Assembly (NCBI GenBank): GCA_964590155.1
Contig: CAZPWC010000001.1
Span: 9,651-73,650, forward strand
DNA: 64,000 bases
Direction: 5' to 3'
From: an uncultured archaeon
GTDB taxonomy: Archaea; Iainarchaeota; Iainarchaeia; Iainarchaeales; JAAZKV01
Under the pieces are notes generated by a model. The model was given only the letters and a program-made list of their open reading frames with translations. It had not been told where the DNA came from and ran no database searches. Shown piece after piece: positions 37,153 through 45,886 of this stretch; within the stretch, counting starts at the first letter, position 1, and each line of letters opens with the position of its first letter. The translations under genes were made by a program, and so were the position numbers.

Positions 37153-38685
37153 TTAGCCTTCAGAAGAAACCATTTCCAAAACTTTCTTAGGATTATAATA
37201 ATAGGTTTGGATAACTTCCAAAACATCTAATGGTTTTGAAACGTTCTTTTCAATCATCCACTCAATAATCATCCTCCGCGTATCAATTTCTTTTTTGATT
37301 TCATTTTTTGTTAAACCTGACTGCGCTGCTAAAGAATCCATTAAATGACTCGGCACATCAGTTCTGCGAACGCAACCTTTTGCTTCATCAAAGTCATAAA
37401 TATTTCCGAGTAAAACTTTGTTCTCCATCCTAGAAACTTCAGCAATTTCCACAATTGTTCTCTTAAGACCGCTGTTTTTTGTGAACTTTCTTTGCATAAC
37501 AACAATTAAATCAACTAAAGGAAGCATTGATTGAGGAACAGAAAAAGGGCGCTCCTGCAATTTAATAATTGCTTCGCGGGAATTATTAGCATGAACTGTT
37601 CCCAAACAACCAGCATGACCATTATCCATTGCAGTAAAAAGAGTTGTTGCTTCTTCACCACGAACTTCCCCAACAATTAATCGATCAGGACGCATACGCA
37701 AAGAGTTCTTCAACAACTGATTCATTGTTACCTCTTCATCAATAGAGTGCTTCGCTTCAAGAGCAACCCAATTATCCCGACCAAGCAAAGACAATTCCAA
37801 AGTATCCTCAATACTTATAACACGCTCGTGCAAGCGCATAAAATTCGCCAATATATTTAGCATAGTTGTTTTACCTGAAGCTGTGCCCCCAACAACCAAA
37901 ATATTTTTTGGAAAAGCACCAAAACCATCAACAACAACCCACAAAAAAGCCGCTACTTCAGAAGAACAGGTTCCGCCAGAAACCAAATCAAGAACTGTCA
38001 AAGGAGTGGGAGAAAATTTTCGAATAGTAATTGAAACCCCTTTTGGAGAGATCTCAGAAAACGTAGCATTAACACGCGAACCATCAGGCAAATGCGCATC
38101 AAGCAAAGGAAATTTTTCATCAAAAGACTTTCCAGAACTAACAGCAATCTTTCTTAGCAAAGCATCAATTGATTTTTCATCAAGAGACAAATTAACTTTA
38201 CACATCCCAAACTTTTTATGAAAAACAAAAATGCTGTCAGGAGCATTAACCATTAGTTCTTCTAATTCATCATCAAAAGAAAAAAAGTAAAGTTGTTTCA
38301 AACCAATCGCATTATGCAAAACAATCTCGGCAAACAATCCTTTATTTGAAACAAAAGAAACTTTTGAAACAAGATCAATCATTGATTCAAGAAGAGAAAG
38401 AAAAATTGTTTTAGAAGGCAAAACATCAACTAAACCATTAATTTCAACAACAGAAACGATTTGGTCACGAAAAGAATCAGAAAAATCTTTTGGCAAAGAA
38501 AAAGAATTAAGTTCGGAAAAAGGACTCTTACGCTGAATTATTTGCTGAAGCGATTTAGCAAATTTTGATTCTTTTTCCGAAAGAGGAAACTCTCGCAAAA
38601 CATAAAAGTTATTTGAAACACCCTCAAAAATCTCGGCAAAATCTGATTCAGCAAGCTTTTTTAGCCGCATATCTGTGAAGTCCAT
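37153..38685 (-). CDS. second CpaF/VirB11-family ATPase (intein-free)
   Basis: LDAHLPDGSRVNA, GGTASGKTT, LRMRPDRLIVGEVRG, NGHAGCLGTVHAN. Confidence 0.93.
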   Translation of the reverse strand: MDFTDMRLKKLAESDFAEIFEGVSNNFYVLREFPLSEKESKFAKSLQQIIQRKSPFSELNSFSLPKDFSDSFRDQIVSVVEINGLVDVLPSKTIFLSLLESMIDLVSKVSFVSNKGLFAEIVLHNAIGLKQLYFFSFDDELEELMVNAPDSIFVFHKKFGMCKVNLSLDEKSIDALLRKIAVSSGKSFDEKFPLLDAHLPDGSRVNATFSEISPKGVSITIRKFSPTPLTVLDLVSGGTCSSEVAAFLWVVVDGFGAFPKNILVVGGTASGKTTMLNILANFMRLHERVISIEDTLELSLLGRDNWVALEAKHSIDEEVTMNQLLKNSLRMRPDRLIVGEVRGEEATTLFTAMDNGHAGCLGTVHANNSREAIIKLQERPFSVPQSMLPLVDLIVVMQRKFTKNSGLKRTIVEIAEVSRMENKVLLGNIYDFDEAKGCVRRTDVPSHLMDSLAAQSGLTKNEIKKEIDTRRMIIEWMIEKNVSKPLDVLEVIQTYYYNPKKVLEMVSSEG

Positions 38686-38734
38686 GAGAACCTTTATATA
38701 AAAAGTAATATAATAAGCTTATGAGGGCGAAGAT

Positions 38735-40093
38735 ATGGACAAGTTATACTCGAAAGTACTTAGGAAAGTCACCCCTTCAAAAAAAGAGCTAAAAAAAGAA
38801 GAAAAAATGTTTTTGGAAATCGAAAAAAAGATAATGAAGATTGAGGGAAAACACTCGCACGTTGAATGGTGCGGAAGCTCTGCAAGAAACACTCACTTAC
38901 ACGGAGATCGAGACTTAGACCTATTTGTTATGTTTGAAAAAGAACTTGATGAAAAAGAACTAGAAATTGAAGGACTAAGAATCGGAAAAGCGGTGTTTCG
39001 CGGACAAAAATGGGAAAAAGCTTATTCACAACACCCCTACATTCGAGGAAACTATAAAGGATTTGAAGTAGAAATAGTTCCAAGCTACAAAGTAAGCAGC
39101 GGAGGAGAAATAAAAAGCGCTGTTGACAGAACCCCTTTTCACAACAAGTACTTGCTTAGAAAACTAAGCGAAAAACAAAAACAAGAAGTACGACTACTAA
39201 AACAATTTATGAAAGGAATTAACTGTTATGGTGCTGATTTGAAAAGTTGTGCTTTGCCAGGATATGGAATGGAATTACTAATCTTGCATTACGGAAACTT
39301 TGACCAGACAATACAAGCAATAGCTGAATGGACACCGGGAAAAATATTATTATTTGAAAATGCTGAGGAAAAGGATGCGGAACAATTCAATGGAGCTCCA
39401 CTCATAATAATTGATCCGGTTGATAATAACAGAAATGTCGCATCCGCGCTCTCACTTGAACAATTTGAAAGAATGATTTACGCGACAAAAAGATTCATTG
39501 AAGCACCGGAAGAAAAATTCTTTTTCAGACAAAAAACAAAACCCTTGCCAAAAAAAGAACTAAAAGATGAGCTGAAAAAAAGAGAACTTATTGCTGTGCT
39601 TTCAACTTTTCCAAAAAGTATCTTAGCTGACATCATGTGGGGACAATTAAGAAGGTTTTTGAAAAAAACTGAAAATCGCCTAAAAGAAAAAGATTTTGTT
39701 GTCGAAAGAGCTGACTTGTGGAGCGATGAAAAACAAGTTGCTTTTGTTTTTACTTTAAAAGAAAAAGAACTCCAAAAAGTAAAAACTATTTACGGGCCAC
39801 TAGCGAGCGACGAAGAAAATGCGAAAAGGTTTTTAGAGAAAAAAAGAAAACTAATTTCAGGACCTAGAGTGGAAGAAGGCAAACTTGTACTTGAAGTTGA
39901 AAGAGAAGAAACAATGGCAATTGAAGTGGTAAAAAACCTTATGAAAGAAAGCGCAAAAACAGAAAAAAAAGGAACAAACAGCGTTGCAAGAAAATCCAAA
40001 GTACTTAATGAAGAAGGAATTATAAAAAACTATAAAGGAGAATTTGCAAGCTACTTAACAAGGTACTTGAAAGGAAAAGAAATATTTGAGTGA
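38735..40093 (+). CDS. cca: CCA-adding enzyme (archaeal class I)
   Basis: GSSARNTHL.GDRDLDLF, YSQHPY, SAVDRTPFH, DPVD.NRNVA. Confidence 0.95.
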   Translation: MDKLYSKVLRKVTPSKKELKKEEKMFLEIEKKIMKIEGKHSHVEWCGSSARNTHLHGDRDLDLFVMFEKELDEKELEIEGLRIGKAVFRGQKWEKAYSQHPYIRGNYKGFEVEIVPSYKVSSGGEIKSAVDRTPFHNKYLLRKLSEKQKQEVRLLKQFMKGINCYGADLKSCALPGYGMELLILHYGNFDQTIQAIAEWTPGKILLFENAEEKDAEQFNGAPLIIIDPVDNNRNVASALSLEQFERMIYATKRFIEAPEEKFFFRQKTKPLPKKELKDELKKRELIAVLSTFPKSILADIMWGQLRRFLKKTENRLKEKDFVVERADLWSDEKQVAFVFTLKEKELQKVKTIYGPLASDEENAKRFLEKKRKLISGPRVEEGKLVLEVEREETMAIEVVKNLMKESAKTEKKGTNSVARKSKVLNEEGIIKNYKGEFASYLTRYLKGKEIFE

Positions 40094-40683
40094 AAAAAAT
40101 GACCGAAGGCGAATATTGCGGACCAGTTCTGTTTCTAGTACACCCCCAAACACACATTTCAGGAATAGAACAAATATCAAAACAAAATCAGGTACGCGTG
40201 ATAAAAGCACTTATAATGGCTGGAAAAAAAGGAATCCCGGTAATATATGCGCCAGTATATGACCAAGAAAAGAAAAACACTATTTTTGAATTACTAAAAG
40301 AAGTGCCAAAAAAACCAACCCTGATTAGGATTCCTCAAGAAAGCATTTTTGAATGGAGCCCTGCAGAAATCCGCGCAGCACTAAAAAGAAAAAGAATAGT
40401 TCCAACAGAAATAACCCTGATGGGACAAATACGCAACATTTGCGTAACAGAAGCAGCGATTGCCGCAAGAAGCGCATTTCCAAAAATAAGAATTGCAATA
40501 CTAGAAGGAAGAAGTACATTGTTTCTCCCTGCAGGAAAAAGTGAAGTTTCTAAAAGAGTAAATATTAGTCTCCGCAAATGGTATAGAGAAAGAATAGGAA
40601 AACACGGAATTGACAGAACGAAAAAGTTTAGATTAAGTTCAATAAAACCAACTACAAACAGATCACAAAGACGGCTAAAATAA
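40090..40683 (+). CDS. basic hypothetical protein, possible isochorismatase/cysteine-hydrolase-like fold
   Basis: VLFLVHP, GIPVIY, ITLMGQIRNICVTEAA. Confidence 0.6.
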   Translation: MKKMTEGEYCGPVLFLVHPQTHISGIEQISKQNQVRVIKALIMAGKKGIPVIYAPVYDQEKKNTIFELLKEVPKKPTLIRIPQESIFEWSPAEIRAALKRKRIVPTEITLMGQIRNICVTEAAIAARSAFPKIRIAILEGRSTLFLPAGKSEVSKRVNISLRKWYRERIGKHGIDRTKKFRLSSIKPTTNRSQRRLK

Positions 40684-40780
40684 CTGCAAAAAATAAAAAA
40701 ACGACAAGCCCTAAATTCATACTTCGCTTCAAGTAAAAAAGATTAATAAAGAACAGAAGCGTCTTTTGTAAGGTGATAAT

Positions 40781-40996
40781 ATGCCCTTACCTCACAGAAA
40801 ACCTCCCACTCAAAGAAAAAAGGTTCCGCAAAGCCCTGGGAAAATTGCGAGAGTAAGAACAGGAATAATGATACGCGGAAAAGGATTTCCAAAAGGCGGA
40901 ACCGAACAAATAGTTTCTTTTTTTAGACCAACAACTCAAAAACCAGCAACGACAGGCAAAGCCCAAAAACCCCTAAAAAGAAGATCTGGAATTTAA
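40781..40996 (+). CDS. small Arg/Lys/Pro-rich protein (MPLPHRKPP...)
   Basis: AGGTGA SD 4 nt before the ATG. Confidence 0.65.
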   Translation: MPLPHRKPPTQRKKVPQSPGKIARVRTGIMIRGKGFPKGGTEQIVSFFRPTTQKPATTGKAQKPLKRRSGI

Positions 40997-41021
40997 GTTA
41001 ATGAAATGAAGCAAACAAAAA

Positions 41022-41714
41022 TCAAACTTTTTCTGGCAGATAACCTAAAAAATTTTTTGCTTTTGAAATATCAACCATTTCTAGTTCATCTGAAATATTA
41101 AATGTTTCAAACCAAAAATTTCCTTTTAATTCAATCGCTTTTATTACCCCTTGAATAGTGTTAGCCATACTTACTCGCGTACCATGCGGGCCTTCTTTAT
41201 CACCAATTCTTGGAAACCTTAAACTAATTACTTGTATTTGTTTTGTTAAACCATAAAACGCCAAAATGTTTTCCCCAATAACTTTGCTTTGAGAATACAT
41301 TACTGCCGCAGGAACGCAAGACAAATCGTCCGCTTTAAGATACATTGGAACTATTTGCTGATCCTCTTTCAAAGGAAGTTTTACTGGAATTCCGCGCTCA
41401 ACACCATAATACCCAGTAGAGCTAATAAAAATTAAACGATTAATTTTGTTTTCAATTGCCGCCTTTACAACATTCATTGTCCCAACACAGTTAATTTGAA
41501 AATAATCGTCAAATGATTTTGATTCAATTGGCTTTGGGATTGCTGCAGCATGAACAACAATTTCACAGCCCTTCATTGACTCTTTTAGCTGCGAATAATC
41601 TAAAACGTCTTTTTCCTCGGCAATATCATAACCAACAACGGAATGCTTTTTTTTAAGAGCTACAACCAAGGGCACTCCTAAATAACCCAAACTTCCTGTA
41701 ACAAAAACTTTCAT
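41022..41714 (-). CDS. NAD-dependent epimerase/dehydratase
   Basis: VTGSLGYLG, VHAAA, FISS, YSQSK. Confidence 0.9.
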   Translation of the reverse strand: MKVFVTGSLGYLGVPLVVALKKKHSVVGYDIAEEKDVLDYSQLKESMKGCEIVVHAAAIPKPIESKSFDDYFQINCVGTMNVVKAAIENKINRLIFISSTGYYGVERGIPVKLPLKEDQQIVPMYLKADDLSCVPAAVMYSQSKVIGENILAFYGLTKQIQVISLRFPRIGDKEGPHGTRVSMANTIQGVIKAIELKGNFWFETFNISDELEMVDISKAKNFLGYLPEKV

Positions 41715-41739
41715 AACTTCACCACTTAACTAAACTAAA

Positions 41740-41823
41740 CGGGCCCGGAGGGAATCGAACCCCCATCTCGAGATAGCTTCTTATTTCCGAAGTCTCGCCG
41801 CTTATCCATTGGCAGACGGGCCC
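41740..41823 (-). tRNA. tRNA-Arg(TCG) with 12-nt intron at 37/38 (41775-41786)
   Basis: Acceptor GGGCCCG/CGGGCCC; anticodon stem CGAGA/TCTCG; T loop TTCGATT; CTTC:GAAG central helix with a CTA bulge. Confidence 0.9.
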
Positions 41824-41942
41824 ATCAAAGCTTTTGATTTTCAAAAGCCCAAAGAACCTTTCGGTCTTGATAAAACAAGGCTTTTAAAGGTTCCCGATTA
41901 GAAAATAATCTATTGAAATAGTATAAAAGACTTGGTGAGAAT

Positions 41943-42098
41943 ATGAAAACATGTACAACATGCAACAAAGTGGTTACTTCAAACAAAACAGAGTTTAAAT
42001 GCCCTGAATGTGGAAAAACAAGCGTTGTTAGATGCGATCACTGCAAACAAACAGCAAAAACATACAAATGTGCTGAATGCGGATTTGTCGGCCCATAA
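41943..42098 (+). CDS. small zinc-ribbon protein (DUF1610/HVO_2753-like)
   Basis: Own translation: MKTCTTC...FKCPECG...RCDHCK...YKCAECGFVGP; usual position upstream of EF-1beta. Confidence 0.9.
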   Translation: MKTCTTCNKVVTSNKTEFKCPECGKTSVVRCDHCKQTAKTYKCAECGFVGP

Positions 42099-42119
42099 AA
42101 CTAATTCTTGGTGAAAAAA

Positions 42120-42389
42120 ATGGGAAAAGTTCTAGTAGTATTCAAAGTATTTTCTGACCCTGAAAACACAGATAAAGTGTCAGAAGCACTAAAAACATTA
42201 AAAGAAGGGGAATGCAAAGAAGTACGAAGAGAACCAATAGGGTTTGGAATTGAGTTACTACGAGTAGGATATGTTATCCCAGACAAAGTTGACGGAGCAA
42301 TGGATGCTTTAGAAAATGCTGTTAAAAAAATTGAAGGGGTTAACGAAGCAGAAGTAGAAGCAATGACACTAATAGACAAAATGATTTAG
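42120..42389 (+). CDS. ef1b: translation elongation factor 1-beta
   Basis: MGKVLVVFKV, EPIGFGIELL, IEGVNEAEV. Confidence 0.92.
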   Translation: MGKVLVVFKVFSDPENTDKVSEALKTLKEGECKEVRREPIGFGIELLRVGYVIPDKVDGAMDALENAVKKIEGVNEAEVEAMTLIDKMI

Positions 42390-42480
42390 AAAAATGACTA
42401 ATTATTTAACAAAAACAACTTGTTTGGCTGGCATTAAACCAAGCACTATTTTTTATTATTAATCCAACACAACTTACTCT

Positions 42481-44529
42481 ATGATAACTTCACTTGAGCT
42501 AAAAAATTGGAGAACACACTCTGACACCAAACTGGACTTTGGAAAAGGAACAAATGTTATAGTTGGAGTAATGGGCTCTGGAAAAAGCTCAATTGTTAAC
42601 GCAATATCTTATTCTTTATTTGGCACTTTTCCAGGATTAAAAAACAAGAGCGTTTCACTAAAAGAAATAATAATGAACAAACCAAATCAAATGAGCACCG
42701 CAGAAGCCGCGATAGAAATTGAACAAAATGAAACAAAACACCGCGTAGAAAGAATAGTAAAAATGGACGGGACAAACGAAGCGAAGCTATATACTAATGG
42801 AAAATTTGTTGCAGGACCAAAACAAAAAGATGTAAACGAAAAAGTGGAAAAAATACTTGAAATGGATTATGAACTATTTAGCAGAGCTGTTTATTCGGAA
42901 CAAAACGAAATGGATTTCTTTCTAAAATTAACTCCGGGAGAAAGAAAAAGAAAATTTGATGAGCTTTTGCAACTGGAAAAATATGAAGAAGCGAGGAAAA
43001 ATTCTGTTTCTCTACAAAATGAACTAATGAAAGAAAGCAAACAAAGAGAAAAAACTTTAGAACAGCAAAAAGAAATGCTAAAAAACCATGAAGAAGAAAA
43101 ATTAACAAAACAAATAAAAGAAATTGAAGAAGAAATAAAAGAAACACTAATAAAAGCGGAGCAGGCGAAAAAAGAAAATAGAGAACTAGAAAAGAAATAT
43201 AAAGAACTGGCGGAAAAAGAAGAGAAAGCAAGAACTTTAGAGGACAAGATAACTAAAACAAAATCAAAAATAGAAATGCTACAAGAAGAACTTAAAAAAA
43301 CTGAAAAATTAGATGCAAAAGACATTATGGAAACAATAGAAAAATTAAAGAAAGAAATTAAAACACAAAAAGAAAATGAAAAAGAAATTGAAACAAAAGC
43401 AAAAGAAGTTGACACAAAAATAAAAACTATTAGCGAAGAGGTAAAAGTGCTAAGTTACAAAATTAAAAAATATGAAGAAGAAATAAAAGAAATATCCTCA
43501 TTAAAGGGAAAATGCCCCACATGCAGACAGGAAATGGACGAGACACACAAAGAAAAAATAGTTGAGGAAACACACGGGCAAATGCAAAAATCACTTGCAG
43601 AGAAAAAAGAACACGAAACAAACAAATCCAAATTGTTGGACAAATTTTCTTCTCTTGAGAAAACTCTAAGAGATATAAGAAAAAACATTGAGGAAAAGCA
43701 AAAAGAAATTTACATCACCGAAGAAAAAGAGAAAAAATCAAAAGACCTTGAAGAAAAACGAAAAATGCTTGGAGAACTAAACGAAGTGCTCCCTTTAATG
43801 GAAAAACAATCAAAAGAAAACGGTTTTGACAAAAAAGAGCTTAATAAAATAAGAGAACTATTTTTTGAAAAAAAGAAAGAAACAGAACTATTTGAAGCCA
43901 AAGCTAAAGCAAAAACAGAGCTAAAAAAAAGCTATGAAACTATTTTAGCAAAAGTTGAGCAAATAAAAAAAACAATACAAGAAACAGAAAAAGAAACTAT
44001 AAAATATTCTGAATCTTCAAGAAAAATGAGTGTATTTGCAAGCTGCCTAATTGCAACACAAGGGGAATTACGAGAAGAAATGCTTCAAACAATAAACAAA
44101 GCAATGACAAACATTTGGCAAGCAATATACCCTTACGCTGACTTTGTTGATGCAAAACTTTGTGTAACAGAAGAAGGATATGATTTACAAGTACTTACAA
44201 GAACAAACCAATGGACGCGCGTAGAAGGAATACTTTCAGGCGGAGAAAGAAGCGCTGCAGCCCTATGCATAAGAATGGCTTTCGCACTAGTACTAACAAA
44301 AAACCTATCAATGCTAATACTTGACGAACCAACACACAACTTAGATGCTAACGCGGTTCAAAAACTAAGTTCAATGCTTAGAGAAGAAATGCCAAAATTA
44401 GTTGAACAAATATTTGTTATAACACATGATAAAGAACTTGAAAGCGCGGCATCAAGCAACCTTTATTTATTACAAAGAAACAAGAATAATGATGAAGCGA
44501 CAAAAATAGAAACAATGCCAATAATGTAA
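42481..44529 (+). CDS. rad50: DNA double-strand break repair ATPase Rad50
   Basis: GSGKSS, coiled coil with CPTC zinc hook, LSGGE, LDEPT. Confidence 0.9.
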   Translation: MITSLELKNWRTHSDTKLDFGKGTNVIVGVMGSGKSSIVNAISYSLFGTFPGLKNKSVSLKEIIMNKPNQMSTAEAAIEIEQNETKHRVERIVKMDGTNEAKLYTNGKFVAGPKQKDVNEKVEKILEMDYELFSRAVYSEQNEMDFFLKLTPGERKRKFDELLQLEKYEEARKNSVSLQNELMKESKQREKTLEQQKEMLKNHEEEKLTKQIKEIEEEIKETLIKAEQAKKENRELEKKYKELAEKEEKARTLEDKITKTKSKIEMLQEELKKTEKLDAKDIMETIEKLKKEIKTQKENEKEIETKAKEVDTKIKTISEEVKVLSYKIKKYEEEIKEISSLKGKCPTCRQEMDETHKEKIVEETHGQMQKSLAEKKEHETNKSKLLDKFSSLEKTLRDIRKNIEEKQKEIYITEEKEKKSKDLEEKRKMLGELNEVLPLMEKQSKENGFDKKELNKIRELFFEKKKETELFEAKAKAKTELKKSYETILAKVEQIKKTIQETEKETIKYSESSRKMSVFASCLIATQGELREEMLQTINKAMTNIWQAIYPYADFVDAKLCVTEEGYDLQVLTRTNQWTRVEGILSGGERSAAALCIRMAFALVLTKNLSMLILDEPTHNLDANAVQKLSSMLREEMPKLVEQIFVITHDKELESAASSNLYLLQRNKNNDEATKIETMPIM

Positions 44530-44531
44530 AA

Positions 44532-45236
44532 CTAAAAACCAAGAATATTCCTTACTCGGTTTATTTCTTCACGAATTTCTTCCACTGAAGAAAAAGGCAT
44601 ATCTTCTTCAATAACAAAAGGAACACTCAAGTCCTGCAATGGCTCAATTGATTTTAGAAAAGCTCTGCTTACCTTCAAACAAGGACTATGATCTTTGTGG
44701 TACCTATTATTGCTAAAATGAACTGCTTTTATTCGATGTTTCCATTTTTTTACAATTCTTTCGGTTTCTTCAGCACCCCAATCGTAAGCATGAGAAGCGT
44801 CAAGACACAAACCCCAATCAGTTTTTTCTTCCAACATTTTTTCAAATCCATCCCTTGGACGATTTTTGCCTTTCTTTGGATTCAAGTTTTCGGTAACAAA
44901 AGACATTTTAGGCAAATTAGTAGGAAGCACACTATTTGGGTGAAACACAATATGTTGTGCATTCATTTTTTTGTAGTCCAACGCAATCAAATTAATAATT
45001 GAATTAAAATTTTCTTTCGGCATTAAGTCAAGTGAAAGTCTAAACGGAGAATGAATGCTGACATACTTGTAACTTCTTAATGTGCCCAAATCTTTTTCAC
45101 TAGGTTTTCTTTCTTCATAATGCTTCCCATAAGTATACTCAACCCCATCAATGTCAAGCGAAGAAATAATTTCAAAAATATCTTTTTTCCCGATTAAACG
45201 CCAAAGATTTCCAGTGGCAAAACAAAGAGCCCGCAT
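44532..45236 (-). CDS. xylose-isomerase/AP-endonuclease-2-like TIM barrel protein
   Basis: SIHSP, VFHP, TEN, CLDASHA, VHFS. Confidence 0.7.
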   Translation of the reverse strand: MRALCFATGNLWRLIGKKDIFEIISSLDIDGVEYTYGKHYEERKPSEKDLGTLRSYKYVSIHSPFRLSLDLMPKENFNSIINLIALDYKKMNAQHIVFHPNSVLPTNLPKMSFVTENLNPKKGKNRPRDGFEKMLEEKTDWGLCLDASHAYDWGAEETERIVKKWKHRIKAVHFSNNRYHKDHSPCLKVSRAFLKSIEPLQDLSVPFVIEEDMPFSSVEEIREEINRVRNILGF

Positions 45237-45277
45237 AGTTAACACTTGAAGAAACAAACAAAAAAAGAATTAATAAC

Positions 45278-45481
45278 TTATTTAGCAGCGTCTTTTTCTT
45301 TTCTTTTAGCTAATCTAACAATATAACCAGCAACAATATTTCTAATGGTTTTTGAGAAACCGAGTTCCATTGTTGAAAGTTCTTTCTTGTTTTTTTCAAA
45401 ATTGTTTCCAAACTTTTCAGGAAACTCTCTTAACAAAACTTCGCCCTTGTATTTCAAAACTTTTGAAACTGATTTACCCAT
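45278..45481 (-). CDS. rps17e: 30S ribosomal protein eS17
   Basis: F..NFEKNKK, SKTIRNIVAGYIVR. Confidence 0.9.
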   Translation of the reverse strand: MGKSVSKVLKYKGEVLLREFPEKFGNNFEKNKKELSTMELGFSKTIRNIVAGYIVRLAKRKEKDAAK

Positions 45482-45510
45482 TAACATCACCAAAAAAACC
45501 AAAAAACTAA

Positions 45511-45717
45511 TTAATACAATTCAACTCTCTTAAAATTTCCGTTAGGATACTTTCTCAAAACAGATAAAGGCAAAACCTTTGCTTCTAACTCTTTTTCAGC
45601 AACATCAAGCATTGAAAGTTCCTTTAACCTTTTAACCAAAGGAGGAGCCCCTAAAGATAATTGAAGCGCTCTTGCTGAAAGAACCCTAGTCAATTCAAAA
45701 CGAGTTAACCTAAACAT
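45511..45717 (-). CDS. rpoK: RNA polymerase subunit K (Rpo6)
   Basis: LTRFELTRVLSARALQLSLGAP, LPLSVLR. Confidence 0.95.
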   Translation of the reverse strand: MFRLTRFELTRVLSARALQLSLGAPPLVKRLKELSMLDVAEKELEAKVLPLSVLRKYPNGNFKRVELY

Positions 45718-45886
45718 AAAAACACCTTTTAACTAAACTCACCGCGACTAAGTAATTAACCGAAGACAAGGTTTAAAAAAGTAGCTAAAATGACTAAAAA
45801 CAAGCTGCAAAGGAAAAGCTATCCAAACAAAACAAAATCCCCTAAGAGGGGTCAAGATTCACAAAATCGCCAAAATTAAACCTTCT

